Positions 39,743-53,180 of a DNA stretch of 64,000 nucleotides are shown here, piece by piece. Location of the stretch: NCBI RefSeq assembly GCF_036321535.1, contig NC_087437.1:18726001-18790000 (forward strand). Direction: 5' to 3'. Source of the DNA: Camelus dromedarius. Its lineage: Eukaryota. Position 1 is the first letter of the stretch. Each line of letters opens with the position of its first letter. The notes below the pieces were generated by a model. That model ran no database searches and was not told the DNA's origin. It saw only the letters and a list, made by a program, of their open reading frames with translations. A program made the position numbers and the translations under genes.

Positions 39743-42074
39743 CTAAAAGGGGGAAGTAGAAAAAAGCAATTTTATATTTATGCTGAAGAAAATTACTCTT
39801 TATACTTGTGCTTATTATTAGTATTATTTGTACTACATTGTATACAGCCATGTATAATGTTTATATATGTACATTTACATTTAATATTTAGTTTACATTT
39901 AAAATTTCAGTAAATTTTCTTTCCCCCTACCAATCCTGGATAACGAATTTTTTTAACCTAAAAGAATACCTTGCTACATTTCATCTCATTTTTACTTTAG
40001 TGTTCCCACATTCTGTATCCCAAAGCTGGTCATCAGCAGTGACGGTGAAAGATCCAAATGAGAATTTTATAGAAGTGGGCAGGGATGGGGGGTGGGGCAA
40101 AAGAGAAAATGCACATATGACGGAGGAGGTTGCCAAATGTTTCTTTATTCTGAGGTTCTGCCATTCCTATTTTTTTGATGGTAAAATGTTTATTTACTTA
40201 TGAAATCAAGTTGGCGATAAATTACAGTTTAGGATTTTTTAAAAATAGTATTACTTGCCTAAATAAAAAGCTATAATAAATTATATGTGACTTCTAAGAA
40301 TTATTTAATAACTTAAAGGATTTACTATTCTATATGATCCAAAATTCTAAGAACTTCTGGTTTAATCCCTGGGGAAGTATTTAGCCACAAGAAAAGGAGA
40401 CTAAGGAGAGATATGACAGCTATATTTCAACTATCTGAATATTTGGTGTAGAATGAAGGGAGACTGAATGGATACTTATTCAAACAGGAAATTATAACCA
40501 GATGGGCAGAAGTTACAGAAAGGTAGTTTGAATATTTTTAATTTTTTTAAATTCAAAATTAAATGTGTGCTTGCTCACAGTGAAAACATGCTGCGTCAGG
40601 AGGCTTCCCATAGCACAGGATGTATTTGGTGAGAGACACAGGATATAAGGGATGGTGAAAAGAATTATTAAGTTATACAAAGAGTCTACATACATGATCT
40701 CTAAACTCCTTTCACCATTAAGTTCTATGACTGCCTGGAATCCAGTAAGATTTCACAGTATCTGTATTTCTCTTATAACTTCAAAACACTTCTTTTCACA
40801 TTTACTTTGTTACAATGATGATCACATTAAAATCTGTATATCCAGTAGAGATTTGACCCATATGTGATGAAACTCACACTGAGCTAGATGAACAAATTGC
40901 CCAGAGTAAGAATTTTCAAGTTGAATTCTAATCGCCTTTTAACAGTAAATTTTATTATTCCAGCTCTTTTAACAATGCAGAATTCTGTAAATGGTATTTT
41001 AAATTTGATCTTTACACTTTATGATATCCAAATCTTGATTGACTTAAGTTGAACTTTAGTCTCAACATTATCTCAGGACAGAGTGACAAACTGGTTTTTT
41101 TTCCCTAGACAAGCTTCCTTTATAAAATCCCAGAAAGTAGGATCCTTTTTTTTTCACATTTGTCCTAACAAATACACGTATTGTTGGAAAGGAGGCAGAG
41201 TTGATAAAACAAGAAACACCTGGATAAAATTCTGGCTCTACCACTGCCCAGCTATGAGGCATGGCACACAAAGAAAACAAACTTCTCTCCTTTTCAGTTT
41301 CTTCACTTATATAGTGGGGATAAGATAACAACACTCTACAGAATTGTTATGAGAAGTGAAGAATATATTTTAAAAAAATATACCTTTCACAGTCCCTGGC
41401 ATAGTAAAGTGCCCAGTACAGAATGGCTACTGATAGTTTTTTCATTGTTGTTATCATACTAATTGAATAACAAAATATCCTTGTACTCCCACCCTAATTC
41501 TAAGACCAGAATCTAAATGATAAAATGAGCATACTTGATACAAGGATAGCAGCATGATCTAGTTTGTACTATTGCAGTAAACAGTCAAATACAGATTAAC
41601 TGTATCTATACTCTTATAATGCTCAATTCCATTTCAGCATTTAATTCACATATTCACAGAATGCAAATGTAAGAATATGGGGGGGGGGGGAAGAGATCAT
41701 TTGATCAAAACTTTCATTTTACAGGTAAGAGAAAAATCACATGGGAAAACAAAATTATATCCATATTAAACAACATTATCTAGACCAGGGGTTGGCAAAC
41801 CGTTTTTCTAAAGGACTAGGCTTTGCTGAAAACATATAGGTCTCTATCCAATATTCTTCTTCTTTTTCTTTCCTTTTTTTAAAACATCCCTTCAAAATTC
41901 TTTGAGTTTTTTACATCTTTTTTTAAAAATAGAAAAACCATTCAAAACCACTGCAGTTTGCTGACCCCGATCTAAACAAACATACCACTGCATCAAAAAA
42001 CCATATATGTGTAAAGAATGTGTCAACTTAGATTGTCATACATAATCCTAAATGCATTTCCATCTTAAATCTCA

Positions 42075-42428
<354 letters not shown>

Positions 42429-45323
42429 TTAAAGGTGTCATTCTGAGTAGCTAATAATAACGAGAATACAAAATATATTCACCAAAAACTAGCTTGGATG
42501 TTTGGTTTTTTATGAAGCAAACAAAACTGGGCAGGAAATACTACAATAAAAAAATTTTTTTAACTGGGCAGGAAAATATTATGAAAGATAAAAAGAATAC
42601 TCAAGATAAAATAACAAATTTCATGTATAGAATACAAACATACAATTAGACTTCTAAAGAATACAAACTTGAAACCTCTTAAAGAAATGCAGTTGGTTAC
42701 CATTTTTATAATCACTGAAATTCATAGTACCGTTTTAAAACCACACATGAAACATCCACAGTTCTTCTCTACAAATTGAGTAAAGTGCATTTAAAGTATC
42801 TAAGAATCTGAAAGCTTTACAAATAAACCTAAAACTTATTACTTAACTTAAAACTGAGTAAATTTAAATTTTATGGGTTAAACTTTTAGCTCAATTGTGA
42901 TTTTTCAACAATGGTTACAATATATCAGTCAAAAATCTCATAAACATAAAATTATTCTTTGTTATATTTAATTATGAAGCACCTCTGCCACGAAGACAGT
43001 TTTTTCATAAACTTAAGATTATTCTAATAACTAATTCTAGAAACCTAAAACAATAAATGAACATGTATAAATTTTTATACATGCGTTAATTTTTATCTAC
43101 CAGATTGGTAAACATTTTAAAGTTTGAAAAAACCTAAGCTGAAACAGTTACAGAGAAACAGGCATATTTAATATTTATTAGAAATCACACACACACACAA
43201 ACATGCGCACACGTGCCCACGCACACACTATGACCTCAAAATTCCACCAACAGGAATTTCAACCTAAGAGACTCAGGACCAACCAGTGAAAGAGATATGC
43301 TCCCCAAACCAATCACATAAGATACTCAACTTCTCTTGAGCCTCCCTCAGCTTCCTCCTGCCAACAACTTCCAATTAAGCATACCTGAAAAGCCATCCCC
43401 TTTTTCCAACATCACTTTATTAACTTTATCACTCCCCTGCCTAACTCTGAGTCACAGACAAACATAAAGTTTCTTTACTATAGCAAGCTCTGAGTAAACA
43501 GTCTAATCTCATTTGGGTGATGTTTATTTCCACAAACCTATGGAAATAATTGTACAGATAGCAAGGTATCAGTACAAGCATGTTCACTGTAGCTTTGTTT
43601 ATAATATAAATGAAAAACTGGAAATAACCTAAAGTTAATCATTAAGACCTGGTTAAAAAAATGAAGATACATCCATATACTATGAGATGAGTAGTACAAG
43701 TGACAAAATGAGTAAAATAGATCTGTGTGTTACGTTAAAAGCCCCAGATATATTAAATTTACAAGGCAGGGACAGAATACATCTCCCAAGATTTCTTTCA
43801 TGCAAATTCAAAAGGAAGCATATAAAACATGTAAAAAATTCTGCCTTGGAAAGAAACTTGAGGTATTATTAATAGCATTTCATAGTGTTAGGGAGGTAAG
43901 CACAGTACAGAGGGCTATTACTTTTCATTCTATAAGGCCAAATCAATACTGAATTTGAACCTACACTATTTGAATATATGCATGTCAATAGTGGATTTAT
44001 ATGCACGGTCTATTTATATCTATTAGAACAGTAATTATTTCTAAATAAAAGCTAGCATCAATTTGTGGTATTAAACATAGAAAAATTAAAACATTTAAGT
44101 TGCATAATGAGCCAAAGTAAAATCTTGAGGGTACAATACGATCTCTTGGATAGTTTTAGATCTCTAATGAAATTTATTACTCTAAGTCAGGTATGAATGC
44201 ATGGTTAAGATTAGCTTAAGAATCTTAGAACTTCTTCCTCAGCACTGTTCAAACTCTTTCTAGCCACAAATCATCGGTATTACAGGTAAGGAAAGGTAAA
44301 TGAGTACCTAATAATACTTCTAGCAAAAATCAAACTCTATCTTCCTTCATCAACTAAAAGTCACATCTAATCCATTTCTAAATGTCTCTCAGTTCTGTCT
44401 ACTTCTCTTAGTTCCTGTAGCCATTACCTTAATCTTGGCCATCAACATTCCTTCCTTGGATTAATTACTACATCAGTTTTTCATTAATTTCTCTACTTAC
44501 AATCTTAATCTCTCTGAACTATTTCCATTCCCCAACCTGAGTAATTTTTCTAAAATGCAAATCTGCTCATGTTCGTCACCTACTTAAATTCCTTCAATAG
44601 CTTCTCAATTGCTCTTATGAGTTAAGTCCTACTTTTTATAATGGCCTAGATGGCTCTGTATGCCCTGAAGCTGGCTGTCTCTCTGGCCGCCTTCCTGCTT
44701 ATCCTAGCTGTCCCCTTTAGCAAACCATAACCAATTTCTTTTATTCCTTGAACAGGCTATCCTTCACATATGCCATTCCCATTTGCTTTTCCTTCTTCCA
44801 ACTCCTTTCACCTGCTCAACTGCTAATGAGCACTGAAGGTTCAATTTAACTGTTATGTCCTCTGAGAGGACATCCTTGACTCATCCAGTTGATTTAAATG
44901 ACCCTCCTTCACTTATAGCAGTTTATATACTGTATTATAACTGTCTGTTTACTAATCTGTATTTCCCAGTGGATCGTGAGCTCCAAGCAGACAAAGACCA
45001 CATCACCCAAGTTCACTACTGTGGTCCCAAGTATAAACACTCAACATAAACTACTGAATTATAATCACTACTGTTTTTGTAATCTTTTTCAATGTATCAT
45101 AAATAAGGGATTCTGTTCACATAACTATTAGTGTCAACTGAAAAGTACAGGTTTCTTTAATTCATCCCAGACTCCCTAGATCCCAATCTCTTAATAATCT
45201 GCTTTTTAAAAAAAATGATAAAGCCTGAATTTGGGAACCACTACAAAGATCTCTTAAAAATAAAACTTTGCCAAATATAAAAAGTTAGGCTAAGTAATTT
45301 AATTTTAAACCTAGTTAATTGCC

Positions 45324-45465
45324 GGGGAGGGTATAGCTCAAGTGGTAGAGCACATGCTTAGCATGCATGAGGTCCTGGGTTCAATCCCCAGTACCTCCTC
45401 TAAGAATAAATCAATGAATAAACCCAAATACCTCCCCCCACCAAAACAAACAAACAAACAAACAA
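45324..45465 (+). mobile_element. tRNA-Ala-derived SINE (Vic-1-like), copy 4, best preserved
   Basis: GGGGAGGGTATAGCTCAAGTGGTAGAGCACATGCTTAGCATGCATGAGGTCCTGGGTTCAATCCCCAGTACCTCC with a (CAAA)n tail. Perfect 17-bp TSD AAACCTAGTTAATTGCC at 45307-45323 and 45466-45482. Confidence 0.93.
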
Positions 45466-47315
45466 AAACCTAGTTAATTGCCTATGTCTTGTGGTATGAA
45501 AATTTGACAGCAAAATTTCAATTTTAAGATGAGTACCATATTTACAGTCAAATATAAACTTTTGGTATTAAAAAAGTTTTGAGTGGACAATGACTTCATA
45601 CTAAAGATGCTGTTAAAATCCTACAGACTATATATTTCCTTCATGTTAAAGATAGGTCGGGGGTGGGGAAGGGAGTGTTCAAATACTTTTGTCAGGGTGC
45701 TGACAAAATTCTCTGATCAAGATTTACCACTGGGTGTTTGGAGAAATTAATGCAAGAGCGTCAAGTATGTTCACTATAGAGAATAATCAGAACCCCAACA
45801 GCAGCTCTGTAAATAATTATTTAGAATAAACATAGAAAATAAAATGATCATCTTTCAGGAAAAGGTATTTTTAGACCCATCAAGGCAGTTATATTTGTAA
45901 AGGTTCTATTGTTTTCTTTGGGGAGGAGGAGGCAGCAAACTTGTTCCTGAAGTTAAATTGAAATAATTGTTTATTGTTTTCCCAGGAGGCATGACCTCAA
46001 CAAGTCCCGGTTGTAGTCATCACATACAAATTAGCAACTGCAAAAATTGACTTCTTAGGTATTTATAGTGAAAATTAATTTTAAAATATTAAAATAGACT
46101 TAACTTCTTAAATGAATGTTAACACCTGAATTTGTGTACATGATCACAATGCCAGCTTTCTTAAATCTGCAGAGGATCTAAAGTATAATTTATAAATTTT
46201 AAGAGCTTATAAATTGCTTAATTTAATGCAGTAAAACACTCCTTACATTTTCTTGGTCATTCAAATTGCAAGGTACACTTCATTAAAAAATTTTTTTTGT
46301 ACAATAAGCTTTATGATACTAAATGAAATATGGTACATTGTTTATAAAAGAGAAATTCAATTCTAATATATATATTAGATACCTGTGTTGTTGACAGGCT
46401 AAAGTTAGAGTTTAAAAAACATTATGTTCAGTTCTATTTGAATTTTAGATAAACAGTAGATGACTTTTTAGCTTTAGGTGTATCTCATGTAATATTTGGA
46501 TCTCTTGTATTTTTATTTGGTAAATCTGACAAGCTTGGGTAACAGTAATGGTAGCTAATAAATCCATATGCTTTGGAGATCAAGACCCAAAGAGAGTACA
46601 GTGATCTAAGTTTTGAAAAGATGGTAAATCTCAAAAAGATATCTATATTTTGACAGAAGTTAACTCTGCAATGCTAATTTTTGAATTATCAAACATTTTT
46701 AGCTTCCCTATCAGTGTGGTTCTGGTGTGCTTCCTTCCATCAGCAAAAAAATATACAAACATAACATTTTCACACACACACACATTATCAAAATATTATC
46801 AGTGGATATCCTTATCCTGGATAAGACTATAAGTGATTTTCTGTTCTTTCTATTTTTCCATATACTCTTCAATTCAAACAAAAGAAAAACTTTTTCTACT
46901 GGAAAAGAATTAAAAGTTTATAAAAAATCTTTGGAGCTATAGTCCACAAGAAAGTAAGGGTCTATCTCTTAGAAACGGGCTTCTCAAATGAGCTACCTGG
47001 GGCAAAGGAACAACTTTTTCTTTCCTATCTTCCAAAAACCAGTGCTTTTGTAAAATAAAAATAAGTCACTGGAAAAGAAAAAAATATAGAATACATGAGC
47101 CCTTGGATGTTGTGGTAATATCACATCGCTGGAGAAGTTCTTAAACATTTATTCTCAATTTCTGTATGTTCTTTATCTCCAACTGACAACAATTTACAGA
47201 CCAGCATTGGGCTATGGACCACATCTTGCAAAAAAAATGTCTTAGATCATACTATACATTTATACATATAGCAACAAACATGTTAAAAATTCATACTAAG
47301 AATTTGTAAAATTAC

Positions 47316-47541
47316 CTCTGCCTATAAGGACTCCAATTTTTGAGTCTAATTTTTCCCCTGGGTCACAACTTCTTGTCACTAATTTGAGAACTGGAAGAAA
47401 AGGTCTGACATCACAGAGTCTTCTTGTTTCATCTTCGAGCTCCTCGTACACAGCAGTCTGATTCACACATGCAAACATATAGGAATCAATTTCCATAAGG
47501 AGGTTAAACATTGGGTAATTGTGAACTTGTTTCCATAACAT
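47316..47541 (-). CDS. PIK3CB: PIK3CB coding exon 2 (ABD)
   Basis: MLWKQVHNYPMFNLLMEIDSYMFACVNQTAVYEELEDETRRLCDVRPFLPVLKLVTRSCDPGEKLDSKIGVLIGR. TTTCTGCAG acceptor, GTAATT donor, 226 nt. Confidence 0.97.
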
Positions 47542-48299
47542 CTGCAGAAAAGATAGTAAGACATTTTTTTGGAATGTAAACACTCAAGTGTACAAAGCTG
47601 TATCTACAAGAATGCTCACTGCAGCACTGTTTGTGAAACTCAAAAACTGAGGACAAGCTAAATGTTTAGCAATAAGGGATTGGTTACATAAATTACAGAA
47701 TATTATAGAACTGTGATAATAAAATAGAAAAACAGAGTAACATGGAACTGTGATAATAAAATAGGAAAACACAGTAACACAAGATATATTAAGGTTAGTT
47801 TCTTTTATAAACAGCAAACTGCAAGAGAATATGAATGATATTAACTCATTTGTGTAAAGTAGTATGATGGCACAATGCAAAAAGTGCATTTATATAAACA
47901 AAAATATTAAAAGTGAGTATCTATAAAGAATAAGAATCAATGAAGACTTCCACATTTCACACTCTTGTGAACATAAATAACTTCTAATCCAAAAAAAAAA
48001 GAATAAAGTATGTATCAATCATCACCTCAATACAAAATTTACATTATTTCTGTCCTGAATTCTTTTCTCTTCACCAGTCATCTTTATTAACTAGCATTGA
48101 CCTGTCAGGATGAGAAGAGTCAATCTCTCATCATCTCTCCCCAAGAATCCTGGATGAGATCATGCAAAACAAGGTCATCATACAAACACAAGGTGGATTA
48201 CATATTTTAACTGCAGTCAGGACAAAAGCCAACAGCTGAGGAATGAAAATCGTGGCCAATCCTCAGACACAGTTACATAAAACAAACAGGAGAAATCAA

Positions 48300-49495
48300 T
48301 GCTAGGCAACAAAAGAAAAAAAAAAAATAGGTAAACTTGATTTCATCAAAATGAAAAACTTTTGAGCATCAAAGGACATTATTATGAGAGTGAAAAGGCA
48401 ACACACAGAATGGGAGAAAATAACTGCAAATTATATATTTGATAAGAGAGTACCATCCAGGATATATAAAGAACTCCCATGACTCAACAACAACAAAAAA
48501 ACTGAATTAAAAAATGGGCAACAAGGGTTGGGGGTGGGGAGGGTATAGCTCCAGTGGTAGAGTGCATGCTTAGCATGCAGGAGGTCCTGGGTTCAATCGC
48601 CAGTACCTCCTCTAAAAATACAGAAATAAATAAACCTAATCACCTCCTCCCCACAGCATCCCCCCAAAAAAGGGCAATGGTTCTAAACAGACAATTTTAC
48701 AAATGGCTCATAAGAACATGAAAAGATGCTTGACATCATTATCATTAGGGAAATGCAAATAAAAACTAAAATGAGATACCACTTCACAGCCATAAGAATG
48801 GTTATTATTTAAAAAAAGGAAAATAACAAGTGTTGGCCAGCATTCTGAGTTTGAAACCCTTGTGCACTGCTGGTGGGAATATAAAATGGTACCACCACTG
48901 TAAAAAAAACAGTTTGGCAGTTTCTTAAAAAGTTAAAAGAGAATTACCTACCATATAATCTAACAATTCTGCTTCTGGGTATATACCCCAAAAAATGGAG
49001 AGCAGGGGTTCAAACAGATACATGTGCATCAATGTTCGGAGCAGCATTACTCACAACAGCCAAAAGGCATACATAACCATCAAAAGATGAACAAACAAAC
49101 AAAATGTGGTCTATCCATACAATGGAATATTATTTAGTCTTTAAAAGGAATGAAATTTGGTTTTACGTTAAAACATGAATGAACTTCAAAAATATTGCTA
49201 AGTGAAAAAAGTCTGACACCAAGGGTCAACTATTGTGTGATTCCACTTACATGAGGCAGCTGGAATAAACTAATTCACACAGACAAAACTAGAGTAGAGA
49301 TAACCAGGGACTAGGAGAGGGGAAATTTATTATTTAATAAGTACAGAGTCTGTATCTGGGAAGATGAAAAATGCTGGAAATGGATAGTGGTGATGGATTG
49401 AGCAGCACTGTGAAAATCTTAATACCACAAAATCATGCACCTAGAAATGACTCTGATGGTAAATTTTATGTTGTGCATATTTTACAAAAATAAAT
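48300..49495 (+). mobile_element. Old L1 ORF2/3'UTR fragment containing SINE copy 5
   Basis: GAATGGGAGAAAATA...GGGAAATGCAAAT...ATGAGATACCACTTCAC...ATGGATAGTGGTGATGG. Confidence 0.82.
48536..48668 (+). mobile_element. tRNA-Ala-derived SINE (Vic-1-like), copy 5, nested in an older L1
   Basis: Same head. Flanked by AAAAA(T)GGGCAA repeats, and L1 ORF2 sequence resumes after it. Confidence 0.88.
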
Positions 49496-50513
49496 TTTTT
49501 AAGAAGGAGCAGTGTATCAATGGTTAATCCAGCTTCAGCTTTGGACACAGGCATCCATATCTGTCACTGGCGACTATAAAAGTGCACTCTGCACCTGTAG
49601 AGTGCCTAAAACAGTGGGGGTGTTTTGTTTTGTTTTGTTTTGTTTTTGTTTTTACTTCAGAGATCATGCAGTTTTAGAATTCTTATGTCTCCCTGATGAG
49701 GAAGCTTGAAAAAAAGAACTAAGAGGCTGTCCAAAGTCAAGAGCTTTAAAAAGGTTTGTCATAAATACTGTCCCCCTGTTTCCCCCAATTTCCATACTGA
49801 GTTCAGCTATTTGAAAAATATGAAAGAAAAAGTTTAGAAAAATAATTTCATTTATAAATTGTAGTCTTCACAAATCAATAGCCCTCACCGATTAACTTGA
49901 AAAAATAATCCAACAAAACAAGCAAGCCTTGTTATGCAAAAGAATTTGCTTTCAAATGAGGACATACCATTCATTACTGGGGGGAAAAAAATCTAGTGAA
50001 CAGCAGAAAACCTTTTCTTCCTGCAGAGTGACCATGAAAAGTAGTGGGAGTAGGGACGCAAGATGGGGAAGAGAAAGGGAAGAAAAATGGGATAAGAGAC
50101 AACCAACCAAAAGTCACATTAAAGGGGGGGTGGTGTGTGTGACAAGTTCAAAGACAGTAAGTACAGAGATCTTATCTCAAAATAAAACTTTCTTTGACAA
50201 TGTCAGATTCTTTCTGACATTCTTTCTACCTGAACAAACCTTTCAAACTAACTAACATAAGCTAATTTGTCTTAACTCAGGTATCACATATGGATTAAAA
50301 AAAAAATCAGTAGTGGGAGTGAAAATGAGTACATCTCATATGGCCAAAAAAACAAGATCCAAGACAAAGTATGGATCAAAATCTTTAAAATGTATGACCT
50401 ATAGGTTAAACTTCCCTCAAATTTACCCTATGATTTACATTAATAACATTTTTGATAACAGAGTAACATTTCCCCCTAAGTTATATTTATAGAAATTCCA
50501 CCTGGTAACATAC

Positions 50514-50684
50514 CTGTTTAATATAGGAAATGGTAGCTTCCCGAGGTACCTCCAACTGGATATAAATCCCAGTGGGCAAAAGGAAGTCCACAGGTATGGA
50601 GCCATCAGATCCTATCTGTGAATCCACTGCCCAGATGTCAAGGATGTCTGCCATAGCAGGAGGCATTATGGAGTGGAAGCACAT
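50514..50684 (-). CDS. PIK3CB: PIK3CB coding exon 1 (aa 1-57, N-terminus/ABD). The exon starts at 50700, giving 16 nt of 5'UTR.
   Basis: Translates MCFHSIMPPAMADILDIWAVDSQIGSDGSIPVDFLLPTGIYIQLEVPREATISYIKQ, the p110-beta N-terminus. Acceptor TTTCTAG at 50701-50707; donor CAG|GTATGT at 50513. 171 nt, phase 0. Confidence 0.97.
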
Positions 50685-51899
50685 TCATAACCATGGGGCT
50701 CTAGAAATCAGTAAGTGAAACTTAGTAAAAATAAAAATAATTAGCCAAATGTTATACTATAATATGAAAAAGCCCACCAATCCATAATTAGTCCTTGGAT
50801 TTCAATATAGCCACTAAGGTAACAAGAGGCCAATTAAATTAAGCAAAAGTAAGCCACCATTACTTAAAAATACTTTTGGTTATCACTACATAAAGTATGT
50901 ATATACACCTCACAGACTAAAATTCAACATAAGTATATTACATATGAAAGAAGAAAGGTTTAAGAAACACAGGGGTCCTGAGAAATTCAGTTACCAACCA
51001 CTCAACAAGGAATTCTCTCCAGACTTACCTAGTTGATTGATATTGGCTTCTTTGGCCAAATTTTTCTCTGCAAACTCCATGAAAATGGCAATCAAAAGGG
51101 CATTCTTTCAAAAATAATTTTCTATCAATCTCATGTGAGAAATAAAATGTCATGAACTTAAATTAAAAAAATTAAAAAGACCAAATCCACCAAACCAGCT
51201 TGCAAGGTCCTTTGTGCTCTGTCTCCGGCCTGTTTCCCTTTGCCTGTCCCCCCCCTTTGCCTGTCCTACCACTCCACAGCTCAGGCTCTTGTGCCACAAG
51301 CACCTTTTGCTTTCTGCTGCTGGACCTAAGTTCACAAACGTGTTGACACTCCCCACACCAAATCACTATTCCGACAAATGTACCCTTCAACCGTGCATTT
51401 CAGTCTCATTTATTCTTTAAAGGTTTCCTTCAAGAAGGCACAACAATAATATTGAGAAGAACACGGGCGCTGAAGGTAAATAAACCAAGGTTCAAATCCC
51501 ATTTATTTAAAAAATGAAAGTGTCATGTCAAAAGAGACAAGAGCCAACCTGAAGCATTTCTGAGCATCAAAAACAATGACATCCAAGGACTGAAACACAC
51601 CAAATATATACAAATATGTGACAATAATGATAAAGAAAACAAACCCTTTATTGGTCAACACTGGAGACTGCTCTGAAACAATCTGGGAAATTTAAATAGA
51701 TTAAGTATTACATGACTTTAAGGAAATATTATACATTTTATAAGGTTTAATAATGGAATGTTTATTATATCTCTAAAAATCAGTTCTTGTCAGTCACAGA
51801 TGCTAATGAAGTATACGGGGAGTAAAACAACATTATTCTCGGCATTTGTTTTAAATTATTCCATTTCTTAAGAAGTGAATGGGCAGCTGACCTCAACTC

Positions 51900-53180
51900 A
51901 ACAAAGGAGTAAAGGTAATTTGATGAGAAAAGGAAATAGTCTTTTAAATAAATGATGCTTGAGTAACTAGACATCCATATGCTAAGAAAATGAACCTCAA
52001 TCCATACCTCACACCCAAAATAAAAATTAACTCAAAATACATCACAGGCCTAAATGTAAACACGAAAACTGTGAAACTTCTAGAAGAAAATACAGGAGAA
52101 AACCTTGTGATCTTGGATTAGGTAAAGAATTCTTAGATATGACACCATATACACAATTCATAAAATTAAAAAATTAATAAATTGAATATCACCAAAACTA
52201 AAAGTTCTGCCCTTAAGGAAGACACTGTTTGTATTATAAAAAGACAAGCCACAGGCAGGAGAAAAATGCTTGCAAAGTACGTGAAAAACTTGGATCCAAA
52301 ATATATAAAGAACTCTCAAAATATAATAAAAAAAACAACTCAGTTTCTTTAAATTGGCAAAAGATTTGAACAGAGATTTCATCCAAGGAGATACATGGCG
52401 AAAGGGATCAGTTAGCATTAGTCAATATAAATTAAAACCCCAATGAGATACCACTACAGCTGTCTTACAGGGCTAAAATTAAAAAGACCAACCATACCAA
52501 GTGTAGACAAGGATGGGGAAGAACTAGAATTCTCATACACAGCTGGTGGGAATGTTAAACAACAGAACTACTTTGGAAAACAGTTTGGCAGTTTCTTAAT
52601 ATACATTTACCCTATGATCCAGTCATCCCACTCCTAAATATATACCCAAACAAAACACAGATATATATCCATGTAAAAACTTACACAAATTGTTTACAGC
52701 AGCCTTATTTATACTAGCCAAATTGGAAAAAATTCAAATATTCATCAACAGGTGAATGTTTTTTTTTAAGTGGTATATTCATACAATGGAATTCTGTACA
52801 GCCAAAATAGCAAAAAGTAAACAAAAAATCACTACAGACATATGTAATAATATAGGTGAATCTCAAAATAGCAATGCTTAGTGAAAGAAGCCAGACAAAA
52901 AGAGTATGTACTGTATGACTCCATTTACATTAAATTCTAGAAAATGCAAACTAGTCTATAGTAACAGAGCAGTGGTTGCCTTGTGTGGGAGTAGAGAGGG
53001 AAGTAGGAAGAGGTAAGAAGGGGGGATTACAAAGGGACACAAGGAAACTCTTGGGAGTGATGGATACGGTCCTTATCTTGATTGTGGTGATGGTTTCAGG
53101 GGTAGGTACCTATGTTAAAATATATCAAATCGTACACTTTAAATATATGCACTGTAAGTCAATTATACTTCAATAAAGTT
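51900..53180 (+). mobile_element. Old L1 ORF2/3'UTR fragment
   Basis: MRYHY...FSYTAGGNVK remnant; 3' end TATACTTCAATAAAG. Confidence 0.8.

Noticed and set aside
45324..45398. tRNA-Ala(AGC)-like cloverleaf with A/B boxes (and five similar copies)
   Set aside because: A shared non-tRNA tail, A-rich end and target-site duplications show these are SINEs, not tRNA genes.
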